The position numbers were made by a program, and so were the translations under genes. From Lingula anatina (taxonomy: Eukaryota; Animalia; Brachiopoda), in NCBI GenBank assembly GCA_051362555.1, contig CM120644.1, positions 19,986,534 through 20,050,533 of the forward strand: DNA of 64,000 nt, in the 5' to 3' direction. A model generated the notes under the pieces. That model was not told the origin of the DNA. It saw only the letters and a program-made list of their open reading frames with translations, and did not search any database. Below are positions 13,516 through 25,974 of this stretch, in pieces. Positions within the stretch are counted from its first letter, which is position 1. Every line of letters begins with the position of its first letter.

Positions 13516-13973
13516 ATCACATATTGAAATGGTGCTGACAGAGAACAGTGATAAAACATTGAATTCTTTTAGGCAAAGCATGTAGTATTACATTTACAGG
13601 TGTTTTTCTTTTTTTCATTTTTCTTTCTTTCCATTTTTTGAGATTTTAAACTCTTTCAACATCTCACTTGTCAAGCTGGCATTGATACTTTAAAGTTTGT
13701 AATATTTGTTGTGGTTTAATCAAATATTCATTTGGAGTGTGATATTTTCTTAAGTGAACAAAACAATGTTTCTTTTTTTACTGTTTATTCTGTCGTTGAG
13801 TCATTGGATATAAGAAAAATTGATACATTAAAAAATTAAATAATCTAAATTATGAAAAGGCAATTTCTCTTTCTGTTTTCAACAAAAAAGATAGAGGAGA
13901 TGGATTTTCTAGTGTAATATCATGTATTTGATGTAGTACGATTCTTTTATTTTAGATGATCTATCATAGATTA

Positions 13974-14130
13974 GGGGCCATAGCAATAGTCCGAAGGTTC
14001 AATAGTCCGAAGGTTCATTGGTCCGAATATTCACTATAGAACCTTCGGACCAATGAACCCTTGATTAAAAAATCGATGAAAATGTTACCACTTTTCGGAC
14101 CAATGAACCTTCGGACTATCGAGACACCCC
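13974..14130. mobile_element. MITE with 16-bp subterminal repeats and 8-bp TSD
   Basis: GGGG..CCCC termini; tandem aatagtccgaaggttc units on the left with inverted gaaccttcggac units on the right; ATAGATTA duplicated at 13966-13973 and 14131-14138. Confidence 0.8.
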
Positions 14131-14406
14131 ATAGATTATGCGTCTGATCATGGAAGTAAATGGTCTGATGAATACTGAACCTACACATTGTAATAGTAAT
14201 AATTATTGATAATCACTGAACTAATAAAAATTGAAGCAGTTACATTTGATTGTTCTTTAGTTGTCCAAAAATAGCAAATTTATAAGGTAATAGTTTGTTT
14301 TGGTTTTTGTCATCTGAACACATCATTAAGAGTTGTAGAAAGGATTTTTTATAATTGTTTTGATAAGACCTGGTGTGGTCCTTTTTATGCCAGTAAGTAT
14401 TTCATA

Positions 14407-14957
14407 GGCCGCATTCTCAACGAATTGAGCCAGGCAAATCCTGATAACTAAAAATGGGGGACGTACATGAAAGAAAAACCGCTAATCTTTTAATAGTCTC
14501 TCCGCCTCTCATACGCCTCCCCACACGTCGTCCCTGCGGGGTACAGTAATTAAATCTCGGCTCCGAACATGAATATCTCCGTGAATATCTCTGGTGATAT
14601 TATCTCCGTAGATAGTCGATTCATTGCTGCTCTACGGGCCAATTCATTCCTTTTTCGTCTCTGTTTTGAAAGATAATAGAACAGAAGAGCTTTTTTCCTT
14701 CAATCACCTTCAGCCGCCATGCTTTCTTCACCACGAGTTTAACTGATGAGCATGCGCACTTTATATTTCTCAGGTAGCTTCCGCATGGCGAACGGAGCCG
14801 AGATTTAATTACTTTACCGCGCAGGGACGACGTGTGGGGAGGCGTGTGAGAGGCAGAGAGACTATTAAAAGATTAGGCAGTTTTTCTTTCATGTACATCC
14901 GCCATTTTTAGTTCTCAGGATTTGTAAAGCCTGGCTCAATTCGTTGAGAATGCGGTC
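14407..14957. mobile_element. MITE with ~165-bp TIRs and 3-bp TSD (Harbinger-like)
   Basis: ggccgcattctcaacgaattgagccagg... is mirrored by ...cctggctcaattcgttgagaatgcggtc; ATA is duplicated at 14404-14406 and 14958-14960. It is inserted in the zinc-finger gene C-terminal frame. Confidence 0.85.
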
Positions 14958-15477
14958 ATAGACATCATTGTCAGTAATGATGGTGATATTCTCCGTGGTA
15001 AAAGTGTCATCTTTATGATAGTATTCTGTTCTTTCTTCCTCGAATATATGATGGGTTATAGCATTATTGTTTATCAGTTTATTTTCCACGTTTCTTATTT
15101 CATCTGTTTCCCCCTCTGAATCTGGAGAATTGTCAGGCCCACTTTCATTGCTGCCTAAAGATCCATGTATATTATTTGAACCATTTTTTCTTTCGTTGTA
15201 CATTGTTTTGTGTGTTCTGCAATTATTCCCTTGATTAAATTCTACTCCACATTTGTCTGGTTTTTCACAAGTGTGCATTCTTTTAGGGCTAGTGCAGGCC
15301 AATTTTGTTATGAACTCTTTGTCACAGAACTTACATGTATCATGCTTTTCTCCAGTATGAATGGTTTCATGGACTTTGCAAAAACCTTGTTTAAAAGTTT
15401 TGTCTCCATTGTTAACTGTTTCATGGTAAGTGCAATTCCCTTTTGGAATGAAAGTTTTTGCAGAAAGTCTATGTCTC

Positions 15478-15553
15478 TCAGAGGGGGAAACAGATGAAAT
15501 AAGAAACGTGGAAAATAAACTGATAAACAATAATGCTATAACCCATCATATAT
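15478..15553. repeat. 76-bp inverted copy of 15044-15119 at the LINE 5' junction
   Basis: tcagagggggaaacagatg...acccatcatatat is the exact reverse complement of 15044-15119. Confidence 0.9.
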
Positions 15554-17868
15554 ACAGATCCAAGTACCTTAGTAGATCTGTATAATACGTCTCTCAAGAT
15601 CATGGAAGATATTGCACCAATGCAGACCAGAGTCAAGTTGGTGAAACAGAGGGCTGAATGGTTTACATCTGAACTCAGCGAAGAAAGGAAAAAGATCAGG
15701 AAGCTTGAACGTCAGTGGTGCAACTCAAAAATGGAAATACACCGGGAATTATTTAAAACTGCCAGAGCTAACTATCACACCCTCCTTGAAAAGCAAAAAA
15801 CTGTATACCATCGGACCTGTATTGAAGGTGCTGATCAAAGGGAACTCTTTAGGATTGTGGACAAGATTTCAGAATCTAAGTCAAGCCAGCTAAGTGTGCT
15901 TCCTGACATGGAAATGTCAACACTTCCTCAAGTTTTTGCAGATTTCTTCACAAACCGGATCAAGGATATTCGTAAGGACTTAACTCAAAATGGATCCTCA
16001 GAATCAGATCCATTACCAAGTGAATTTCAAGACAGGTGTGCCAGTCAGGGTGGTGGGGCCCAACTGAGCAATTTCCTACTGGTCTCAGAGAAGGATATTA
16101 TCTCTGTTATAAAGGGGATGAATTCTAAGTTTTGTGCTCTGGATCCCATGCCAACATATATAGTGAAAGAGTGTATTAGTGTGTTATCTCCAGTTCTCCT
16201 GAGATTAGTAAATCTGTCTTTCTCAACAGGTATCTTTCCATCAAACTGCAAAACTGCAATTGTTAGACCATTACTTAAAAAGCAAGGGCTGTGTAAAAAT
16301 GTCCTGAAAAACTATAGACCAATATCAAATCTACCCTTTTTAGGTAAATTTCTTGAAAAAATGGCATGTTCCCAACTAAGCAGCTATCTATCTGAAAATA
16401 AACTCTTTGGGAAATTCCAGTCTGCCTATAGAGAAGGCCACAGCACTGAGACAGCTCTACTTCAAGTCCACAACGACATAATGCTTGCCCTGGATAAACA
16501 AAGAGATGTCATTTTAGTTCTTCTAGACCTTTCAGCGGCTTTCGATACCATAGATCACAATATTCTTCTTCACAGGTTGCAGCATCGTTTTAGAGTGAAT
16601 GGACTTGCACTTAGTTGGTTTACCTCTTACCTGAAAAACAGAACACAAAGGGTTTCAATAGAGTCGGTTTTATCTCAGCCAGTTAACTTGGAGTACGGTG
16701 TCCCACAAGGGTCTGTGTTAGGTCCGATCCTATTCTCATTATACATGTTACCTGTAGAAGATATCATACTAAAGCATGGTCTGAACACTGTTATTTTTGC
16801 AGATGACACACAAGTATATATTACATCCAAGAGCAGCCAGTCTGCAACAATCACTTCTATGGAGACTTGTCTTGCAGAGATTCGAGAATGGATGAAAGTG
16901 AACATGTTGGCTTTAAATGATAGTAAGACTGAGTTGATATGGTTTACATCAAGGTTCAAGGCAAATAGAAAAATGTAGCAAATGCCAACATTTGCATAGG
17001 AGATGTTCTTATAAAACCATCTAGTTCTGTAAAAGATCTGGGAGTTACCCTCGATGAAAATGGCACTATGGGCAAGCATGTATCTGAAGTGTGTAAATCA
17101 GCATCTTATGCACTATGGCGCATTGGAAAAATAAGGAAAGTGTTAGATAACAAAACCACTGAAAAATTAGTACATGCATTTATATCATCAAGATTAGATT
17201 ACTGCAATAGTCTCCTCTTTGGTATTTGTGACTATCAGATTAAAAAGTTACAAGTTATTCAAAACTCAGCTGCAAGACTGGTTTGTCAAATTAAGTACAA
17301 TAGTACACACCATATCACTCCCATTCTGAAAGAATTACACTGGCTGCCTGTGAAGCAGAGGATTGATTTTAATTTAAAGTACTCTGTATTAATTTTAAGG
17401 CGATCCATTCACAAAGACCATTATATTTATCTGATCTTATCTGTTTTAACTTACCACGGCAGTCCACACGTTTTAATACTGAGAATGATTTTATTTTAGA
17501 ACATTCTGTTTTAGAGAAGGGGTGCCTAAAAAGTTATGGAGATCGTGCTTTTATAATCTACGCCCCAAAAGTGTGGAATGGTCTACCAAATTTTATTAGG
17601 AAAACAGAAGACTGTGACAATTTTAAATCTCTTTTAAAGACCCACTTTTTAAATTCTGTCTATATCTCTTAGGTTTTATTTTAATAATAAATGTTTTATT
17701 TTAATAAGATTGATTTTTAGTAGTGTAAATTTTAAATGGTTTCCAATGAGAGTTTATGATTAAAATATTGTAGTCATTTTAATGATTTTAGTATATTAGC
17801 CATTATTGTAAGGCGCCTTGAGATAGAATGTAGGGCTCCATATAAGAATCTTATTATTATTATTATTA
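15554..17868 (+). mobile_element. 5'-truncated L2/CR1-group LINE
   Basis: RT ORF plus a C-terminal SRLDYCNSLL / HITPILKELHWLPV domain; 3' aaggcgccttgag..ctccatataag motif and (TTA)n tail; no endonuclease domain; imperfect TSD tatgt(c/t)tc. Confidence 0.9.
15602..17499 (+). pseudogene. LINE ORF2 reverse transcriptase, frameshifted (ORFs 15602-16978 and 17068-17499)
   Basis: Motifs NYRPISNLPF, QSAYREGHSTETALL, LLDLSAAFDTIDH, GVPQGSVLGP and FADD; frameshifts near 16970 and 17380. Confidence 0.9.
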
Positions 17869-17965
17869 TGTTTCAAAGGTTTGTCTCCAGTGTTTTTTTT
17901 ACATGAAGTTTACAAGAATATTTTTGTGTAAAAGTTTCCTCAGAGAATCTACACTTGTAAAGTTT

Positions 17966-18652
17966 CTATCCTGTGTGAATTCTTTCATGCTCTATGCAAG
18001 AAGTTTTGTCTTTAAAAGTCTTCTCACAGAATCTACACTTGTAAGGTTTTTCTCTGGTATGAATTCTTTCATGCACAATGCATTGGCCTTTTCGAGTAAA
18101 AGTTTTGTCACAGAATCTACACTTAAAAGGTTTCTCTCCTGTGTGAATTCTCTCATGATATATCCAAGAAGTTTTGTCTGTAAAAGTTTTGTCACAGAAT
18201 CTACACTTGTAAGGTTTATCTCCTGTATGAATTCTTTCATGCACAGTGCAATTGCCTTTTTGAGTAAAAATTTTGTCACAGAATCTACAATTGAAAGGTT
18301 TCTCTCCTATGTGAATTCTTTCATGCTCTATGCAAGAAGTTTTGTCTTTAAAAGTTTTGTCACAGAATCTACACTTGTAAGGTTTTACTCTTGTATGAAT
18401 TCTTTCATGCTCAGTGCAGTGGCCTTTTTGAGTGAAAGTTTTTTCACAGAATCTACACTTAAAAGGTTTCTCTCCTATGTGAATTCTTTCATGCTCTATG
18501 CAAGAAGTTTTGCGTGTAAAAGTTTTGCCACATAATGTACACATGTAAGGTTTCTCTCCAGTATGAATTCTTTCATGCACAGTGCAATTGCCTTTTTGAG
18601 TAAAAGTCTTGTCACAGAATCTACACTTGTACGGTCTCTCTCCTGTGCACAT
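17966..18652 (-). CDS. Array of 8 C2H2 zinc fingers (84-bp repeat), open portion of the pseudogene
   Basis: Repeated YKCRFCDKTFxxKxxCxxHERIHTGEKP; the frame ends at an in-frame TAG where linker Glu is expected. Confidence 0.8.
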   Translation of the reverse strand: MCTGERPYKCRFCDKTFTQKGNCTVHERIHTGEKPYMCTLCGKTFTRKTSCIEHERIHIGEKPFKCRFCEKTFTQKGHCTEHERIHTRVKPYKCRFCDKTFKDKTSCIEHERIHIGEKPFNCRFCDKIFTQKGNCTVHERIHTGDKPYKCRFCDKTFTDKTSWIYHERIHTGEKPFKCRFCDKTFTRKGQCIVHERIHTREKPYKCRFCEKTFKDKTSCIEHERIHTG

Positions 18653-19799
18653 TTTTACTGAATGCTGTACTACTTTATTGGTGGTATAACAGTCTTGTCA
18701 TAGAATCTACACTAGTAAGGTTTTTCTCCACTATAATTATTGTCTTGAATTTCATGAGATGATTAATCACTGAAAGATTCTTGTCAATAGTAACAACGAG
18801 TCCTGATTCCAAGTCTACTTTTCACAAAATTTCCTTTTTTTTTTTGTTTGCCATTCCTTTTCTAGTCATTGTTATACTACTGTCTTACATTTTGCTGTGA
18901 GCTTATGGAGGCTTGATATGTCCTTTCCAATGCTGAAATTGTGTTCACAATTCAACTCTCAGAGCACCATAGGAATATCCGTTTGGATTCTGTATGAACT
19001 TTTGTTAACATTACCAATGCACCCAGTTTTTGTACTGAACAATGTATAAAAATGTATTAGGAACCCCCTGTTTAAAATCTTGAATGCAGTCATTCTGTTG
19101 GACAATGTTAACTGCTGGTTACAGTGAACATATCTGATTGGTTGAAGTGATTTCTCTCCAATACTTCAGATGCCATAATTTAAAGATGTTATCTGCACAA
19201 CCCACTGCATATAATTATCTATTATTACTTCACTAAGCATTGGTAAACATGTACCATGACACCATCAAGCTCACATCTACATGTAGCTAGTTAAAAGACA
19301 AGAAGTGATTTTATCAGTTTGTATTTGTCACACATGCCAGGGTGGTTCTGTTGATGCATGTTGTGATGAGTCATTCAGCAGCCAGCAGTTTCAAAAGGAG
19401 GATTCTTTTTCTGAAAAATAAAATGGGATCTTTTTCATCCAATCTTTGTGTGCTTAGATAAAATTTTATTCAGATGGAACATTTTCCCAGAAAAAATGGA
19501 CCCCGACACTCTCTGGCTACTCGGCCTGTTCAGGTTAAGAAATTTATAAAAAAATTAGTTCAGTTATAGGTATTAAAACTCTATTCATTAACTCCACCAA
19601 GGCATGTTAATTTCAAAAAGGAGCAAAAATAGACCTTTTTAAACTGAAAAGGGATAATAAAGGGACAATATTTGACAGTTTTGCTGGCGTTTTTGCCAAA
19701 AAGTGAATTTTCCTGGAGTAAACAACAATTTTCAAATTCTTACCAATAATCTTTATTGGAAAATCGCAACCCGAAGGTTGAAGTTATACAATTATGTAA

Positions 19800-20072
19800 T
19801 TTATTTATTTAAATAAAATGAATATTCAAGTCAAGGGTCATTTTTGCACTGGTGCACTCTGTAGACGGTCTCACCTCCCTGGGGAGGATACAACTCAGAG
19901 CTAATTTATCATTTCTGCATTGCCTGACCAGGCCCCTGCTTCAACCCCTTAATGCTGATTGCCAAGCGGCAGCAGGTACCATTTATAAAGGACTGGTATG
20001 TCCCCGGACGGGTTTTAAACCCATGTCCTCCCGCTCTGGAGGCGAACACTCTAACCACAAGGCCATCCGGTC
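19800..20072 (-). mobile_element. tRNA-derived SINE with Meta-like central domain
   Basis: Minus strand has head gaccggatggccttgtggttagagtg..gggtttaaaacccg (A/B boxes), core aaatggtacctgctgccgcttggcaatcagcattaagggg, and a (taaa)n tail. Confidence 0.7.
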
Positions 20073-20886
20073 AGTTCATACCAATGGTTAATGAATCCAT
20101 TTTTACATTCAAAGTGAATCCCTGTTTTTTTTTTTTTTTTTTCTAAAAAAGTTTGTTTTTTTGTTATAATCTCTTAAGAGATTATAAGATAGTATAGCCA
20201 TTAATGGAGGTCACGTGGTCTAAAGACAAGCTCAAATATCAGAATAATAGCTATAACTGCCATTTTGTGGTAAAACAATATATTATATTTCTATAAGTTG
20301 TTCACAATGTTTTTATTGTGAAATATAGATCTCATACAAAGAGTTATCCCTTTAATGAGTGCATGTGCAATTTTTTTTACTTTTTGTGACTGCATTTTTG
20401 CTGTTTCAAGCATAATTTATCCCACGTGTTAATTTTTGTCTCTCAGGGTAGTGTGCCAATAGGCCAGGAAAACACTTTTTGTTGATAGCAGCTGTAATAT
20501 CAGTGAGCCACCACACCATTAAGACAGAGATGAAAACACACCGACAAGGTACCCCAGATATGTACATGTACATGTAAGTCATGTATGGTTAAGTTCATGG
20601 TTTACTCTTAGTCAATAGTACCAGTGTTAAATGAACTTTTTTGTCTAATTGATAACAACTTAAGATATTGAAAGCTTTCTAACATGAAAGTGTGTACTGG
20701 TGATCAGAAAACCCAACAGAGCTTGTAAAGAGAAAAAACATTTACTTCTTTTACCTATTGTTAAATGGAACACTTTGGTTGCTTTTAGAATTTTTAAAAC
20801 TCTTTTGCTAATGTTGTTGAAATTTTGGTTGCTGTTTAGTGTCTGTATATTTGCCAGTTTTGATGTTGAGTTGTTTTTTCCTTCAG

Positions 20887-21404
20887 AATTTTGGCTCATT
20901 TCTTGTGGAAGTCATGAGAAAGGACCAGAAATTGTGGGTGGTTGCTGAGGCTCTGGATGCCATCTTTGATGTGTTTGCAGATGATCATCTGGACTTGTTG
21001 TCATGGAGATCAGAGTAACAAAAAAACTCCAGACCATATGGTACATGTACCACAGCTGACAGCTAAGGTAAATTGTTTCTTAATTAATTAATTAATTAAT
21101 TAAATCAAATACTTATGTCAGGAGCAGTTGCCTTATCTGCATAGTGGACAAAATGAAAAAGTGTCCCATTTTGCTCATTGAAATGATTCCTGCAGTTGGG
21201 TATTTAATACATGTATATTCTTTTACAGTATAAAGATATCTTTATTTAAAGACATTTTGATGAATTAAAGTGATGGACATCTTCTAAAGAAATATTGTGA
21301 TATTTTTCCAGATTCACCAACAGAAGAGAAACCTAGGAAACCACCTTCCTATCAGCATGACAGCAAGGACAAATCTGGTGCACTTCATCTAATGCAAATC
21401 TTGA
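20887..21404 (+). pseudogene. HEATR3: HEAT repeat-containing protein 3-like, last two exons only, disrupted
   Basis: Exon 20887-21067 (cttcag|..|gtaaat) reads [33 protein letters not shown]; exon 21312-21404 reads IHQQKRNLGNHLPISMTARTNLVHFI*. This matches my recall of the HEATR3 C-terminus (EALDALFDVFAD..NLRRFI). It has frameshifts and a premature stop. Confidence 0.7.
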
Positions 21405-24397
21405 CCAGTAGAACTAAGACATGTTTTTATTCTGAAAGTTACTTACAACTCAGCAGTAATTTGGATCAAAGAAATAATTAGAGTGTAGCATGTCAAGTTC
21501 CATAGTTTTCTGGTGTAAAGTCAGTTTTATATCAGGCAACACTGATATTAAGCATTAATATTTATTTATTATTTTTTCCACAACTTTTATGATTGTCCCA
21601 TTAGAAGATTCATGTGTTATCACAAGAGACCGATGTAAAACTTGTTTTTGTTTTTAGCCTTTTCTTTTAAAATTAAATATTAAAATGTGTGGGGCTATAT
21701 TGTCTGTTTAAACTTTGACCCACTAACTGAGACAACCAAGTGATTAAATTTCTTTTCTGGTTGCTCACGAGCAAAATAATTTTTTTAATTATGCTTTTGT
21801 GAGGCTTAAGTTGTTCAATTATTGTCTACACCACATTGAATTGGTTTGATTTGATTAAACTTTGTATAACACTCTAATACTCAAATAAATTACATTGTTT
21901 TAAATAGGTGTAGATGTTAATAAATTTTTTTATTTTTGTGAATCTCAAGATATAAAAGTCATAAAACTGTTGTTGGAAATATGGATTATTGGTTTAATTT
22001 AACAGGAATAGATACAGTGTATGGCAGTATGATATTCTATAAATAACATAGTTTTAGGATGGTGTAGATGTTTAATTCCTTAATTTTATTTATCTGTCCA
22101 TGGGGGGGGGGGGGGGGATATATGGAACCTTTAATGATTCCAATGGCTTTCATTTTTTTTTCTAGTTGAATTAAGATGGTTTGCGTCTATTACTTTTTTC
22201 AAAGCATTTTTTTCAAAGCATGTGTTAGTTTACTGTAACTTCAATTTTACCAAAAAATGCACATAGTTTTGTCATGTTCCATAGTCTACTATTGCTTCGT
22301 TAAAATAAAAAGAGAACTTGTGGGATGGGTGGGGTCCCCATAATCTTTGTTTTTTCCATTCTGTTCTCATGATATATGTATAATTTTTTGTTATATTTAA
22401 TGTTATACATGATAAAGAAAATGGATGAGATCCTTTGTGTATTTGGTACTAATTTTTTGCATTTTATGATAACCTTAGTTTATCTGTTGTAATCAGTAAT
22501 TGAGCAGTATGGTAGGGTATATGAATATGACTGTTTATGTATGTATTTGAGTATAGTTAAATGTTTGTGCAATGTGTAGTTTAATTCTTAAGTTTGATAG
22601 AAGAAATTTTAAAATTAAATTTGGAAATAAACTTGAATCAGAAATCAAATGTTGGTGTATTTCATTTATTGTACATAAAAGTCAAGTGCTGGCTACTTGC
22701 CTGATGTTTACTGTGATTTTTTAATTGGTGATTTTATTTTCCATAAACTGGAATCACCCCTCCCCAATGTTACCCTCAATTAAGAAAAGAAAGTTGGTGG
22801 TCCTTGGCATGTTAATGCCGCGCTGGGTGTCCCAGCCTCCAAGGGCAGTTCCCCTGCCCACCACTTTTGCTTTCAACAGATTTTCTGTCAGAATTATTCT
22901 GACATTGGCCTTGGCTGTTCAAAATAAAAAGTAAAATAGAAAGAAAACCTATCAATATATCTTTTTGATATTTTCACTACAAACATTTAAATTGACCACT
23001 TATTTAAAGTAAATAAAGAATGGGATATCCTACTTTCAAATTACAAAGAAATTAATTAGTTGTTTTAGGCCCACTGTAATGAATTGCCAACCCATTTATC
23101 GAAACACATAAAGTCACACACACACAAAACTTACAAACACTGTTCTTTTTTTGTTTATTTCAATTCCCATATCAGCTGTCATCTGCAATTTTAAAATATA
23201 TTTAAATAGATTAATAAATAAAATCTTAGTTAAACATGATACAAATCATAGATTTCTGTTTCTTGATTAGATGGTTTTTGTAAAACAAAAAAAAAAAACA
23301 TTTGCACCATTACAAGAAAGATCATCAAAACGTGTGACAAGAAATTTTAAAGAATTTCATTAAAGAATGTTAATAATCATTTTTAAATCATGAACAACAC
23401 TGTAAAAAGGCGCTATGTGGGCTTACTTTATACTTGATACAGGGTTTCAGTTTGGAATAAAAAATAAAACTTTCCAGCGACTGTGTAGACATTGTCTATT
23501 TGCTTTGTTTACAAAACAATAAAAAATTATTGTATAAAGAAATTTCATTGGACGGCTCCTGTATTGTTTCCATAACTTTCAACCAATCAGATTGTCGCTT
23601 CGTTGAGGCTCAAGACTTTGAGTCTATTTCTGCTAAATACACAATATGTAACACAATGCCTGGACCCTGGTTATTTCTGTTGCAGTGCCAGAACCCTCTC
23701 CCTCCTTCCACGAGTTGCTTAGAAAGCAGGCGGTGAACCTGTTGCAGATACTGCCTGCAGTCCATTACAAATCCTAAGTCTCACCTCTTCCACATCGCCA
23801 TCTATACTAATCAATGTTTAAATAAATATGGCGTATCAGGCAAAGGGTGATGCCGTAAAGCCGAATTTTCTAAGTGTCATCTTTCACCAGGACACTTTTC
23901 TAAGATGGTTCTGTTATAGATTCTTAATCCGTGAGTTCAGGATGAGACATCTGAAGTGAAGGACACATATGGTATCGACTGTGTCAGTTGTTCACTGTTC
24001 ACATCACGATGCAATGTGCTTGTGAAGATTTTACAATGTGCTATAGAAAGTTGACGTGCAGATTAAAAGTGCTTTTGGAGAACTGACAAGATTGCACACC
24101 GTCATCTACTTCAAGTTTTGCCATTCCCTTTTCATCTGTAGTTTTGCATTGGCTAATGAAGGTAAGATAATTAACTGGAGAACTGATGTTGTATCTGATT
24201 TATAAGTAGATCTTTTTCATCCTCAGCCTTGACTTACAACAACGCGTTATTTTGTAAGTTTTATATATTTATTTCTTCACAGTTAATATGATGTACACAT
24301 GTAGTAAACCTACTAAAATTACTCTAATATTCTGGATCTTAAGGAAAAAGCCTCAGATCACCGACCTTTTTTTTTTTGTCTTTTCCAGTCCATCATC

Positions 24398-25272
24398 TGA
24401 CTCCACACTACACTGTACCAGGAGGCACGGGACTATACTGCCACAATGGAATGCAATGAATCCTGACTACTACACTGTACTAGGAGGCAGAGGCCTATAC
24501 TGCCACAATGGAACACAATGAATCCTGACTACTACACTGTACTAGGAGGCAGAGGCCTATACTGCCACAATGGAACACAATGACTCCAGACTACTACACT
24601 GTACTAGGAGGCAGAGGACTATACTGCCACAATGGAACACAATGACTCCAGACTACTACACTGTACTAGGAGGCACGGGACTATACTGCCACAATGGAAC
24701 ACAATGAATCCTGACTACTACACTGTACTAGGAGGCAGAGGCCTATACTGCCACAATGGAACACAATGACTCCAGACTACTACACTGTACTAGGAGGCAG
24801 AGGACTATACTGCCACAATGGAACACAATGACTCCAGACTACTACACTGTACTAGGAGGCAGAGGACTATACTGCCACAATGGAACACAATGACTTCAGA
24901 CTACTACACTGTACTAGGAGGCACAGGACTATACTGCCACAATGGAATGCAATGACTTCAGACTACTACACTGTACTAGGAGGCACGGGACTATACTGCC
25001 ACAATGGAACACAATGAATCGTGACTACTACACTGTACTAGGAGGCAGAGGCCTATACTGCCACAATGGAACACAATGACTCCAGACTACTACACTGTAC
25101 TAGGAGGCAGAGGACTATACTGCCACGATGAAACACATTGACTCCAGACTACTACACTGTACTAGGAGGCAGAGGACTATACTGCCACAATGGAACACAA
25201 TGACTCCAGACTACTACACTGTACTAGGAGGCACGGGACTATACTGACACAATGAAACACAATGACTCCAGA
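24398..25272. repeat. 62-bp minisatellite, ~14 copies
   Basis: Unit actacactgtactaggaggcagagg(c/a)ctatactgccacaatggaacacaatga(c/a)tcc(a/t)gact; the register shifts by 2 nt per 60-nt line. Confidence 0.95.
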
Positions 25273-25585
25273 ATAATTTTCAAGATTTTTAGATAACAAC
25301 ATGAACTTCATTTATCAAATCTTCTCACGTAGATCACATTGTTCTCTGGATCTTAACATATTTTAGTGAATTTTTGAATCTGTAATGCTGCTTAATTACA
25401 GCCGGTCAGCAATTTTGTATTTTGATCTGTTTGTGCCCCTCCGGGCCAAAACAGCTGTAGGAACTTTTTAAATTAAAATGGAGAGAACAGACTAATTTGT
25501 TCGGTTCCTTGTCTTTCTATACTAGCTCCCAATGGTCCGTCACCATGGCGAGAGCACTTTTCCATAGTGTATCAACTTTATTCTC

Positions 25586-25638
<53 letters not shown>

Positions 25639-25974
25639 TTCAAATGATCAATTCTGTTTAACAGATAGTAGAGGACTATTATTGCCTGTCTGACACAGAG
25701 GAGGAAAATGACTCTCAAGGATTGCAAAATTCAAGGAAACCAAAAATAAATATGTGCATTTTCAAAGAAGGCAGTAAAGCAGTCAGATGTACATACAAAG
25801 AGCATAAAATAATGATACAGTTTATCAATTCGGATACAATAATCAACATAGGGTGCCACCCACTCTCAGCAGGTTGGCTGTCATGGATTACCATGCCTCT
25901 CGATCTTGTGTCATTGGTATATGCTTATTCTATATTTTTGATTGGTTCATTCTTTAACGTTGTCCATTTAACCC

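Larger units (their letters stand above)
14326..19410 (-). pseudogene. C2H2 zinc-finger gene, pseudogenised and interrupted by a LINE and a MITE
   Basis: Tandem HTGEKP fingers at 18652-17870, with degenerate fingers upstream and at 15470-15200. Removing the LINE rejoins TGDKPLKH|RLSAKTF; removing the MITE gives NDVY|EILTGIKRTTPGLIKTIIKNPFYNS*. There is a premature TAG at 17966, and a possible splice acceptor ttttatttttcag at 19411. Confidence 0.8.

Noticed and set aside
14889-15530. 213-aa ORF as an independent gene
   Set aside because: It is chimeric: inverted duplication, zinc-finger pseudogene tail and MITE TIR.
17903-18535. 210-aa plus-strand repetitive ORF
   Set aside because: Antisense shadow of the zinc-finger array.
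23500-24250. Coding-like, more balanced-GC segment
   Set aside because: No sustained frame or motif that I could recognise; BLASTX would be needed.
24398-25272. CRISPR-like array
   Set aside because: Units are contiguous repeats without unique spacers, there are no cas genes, and the context is eukaryotic.
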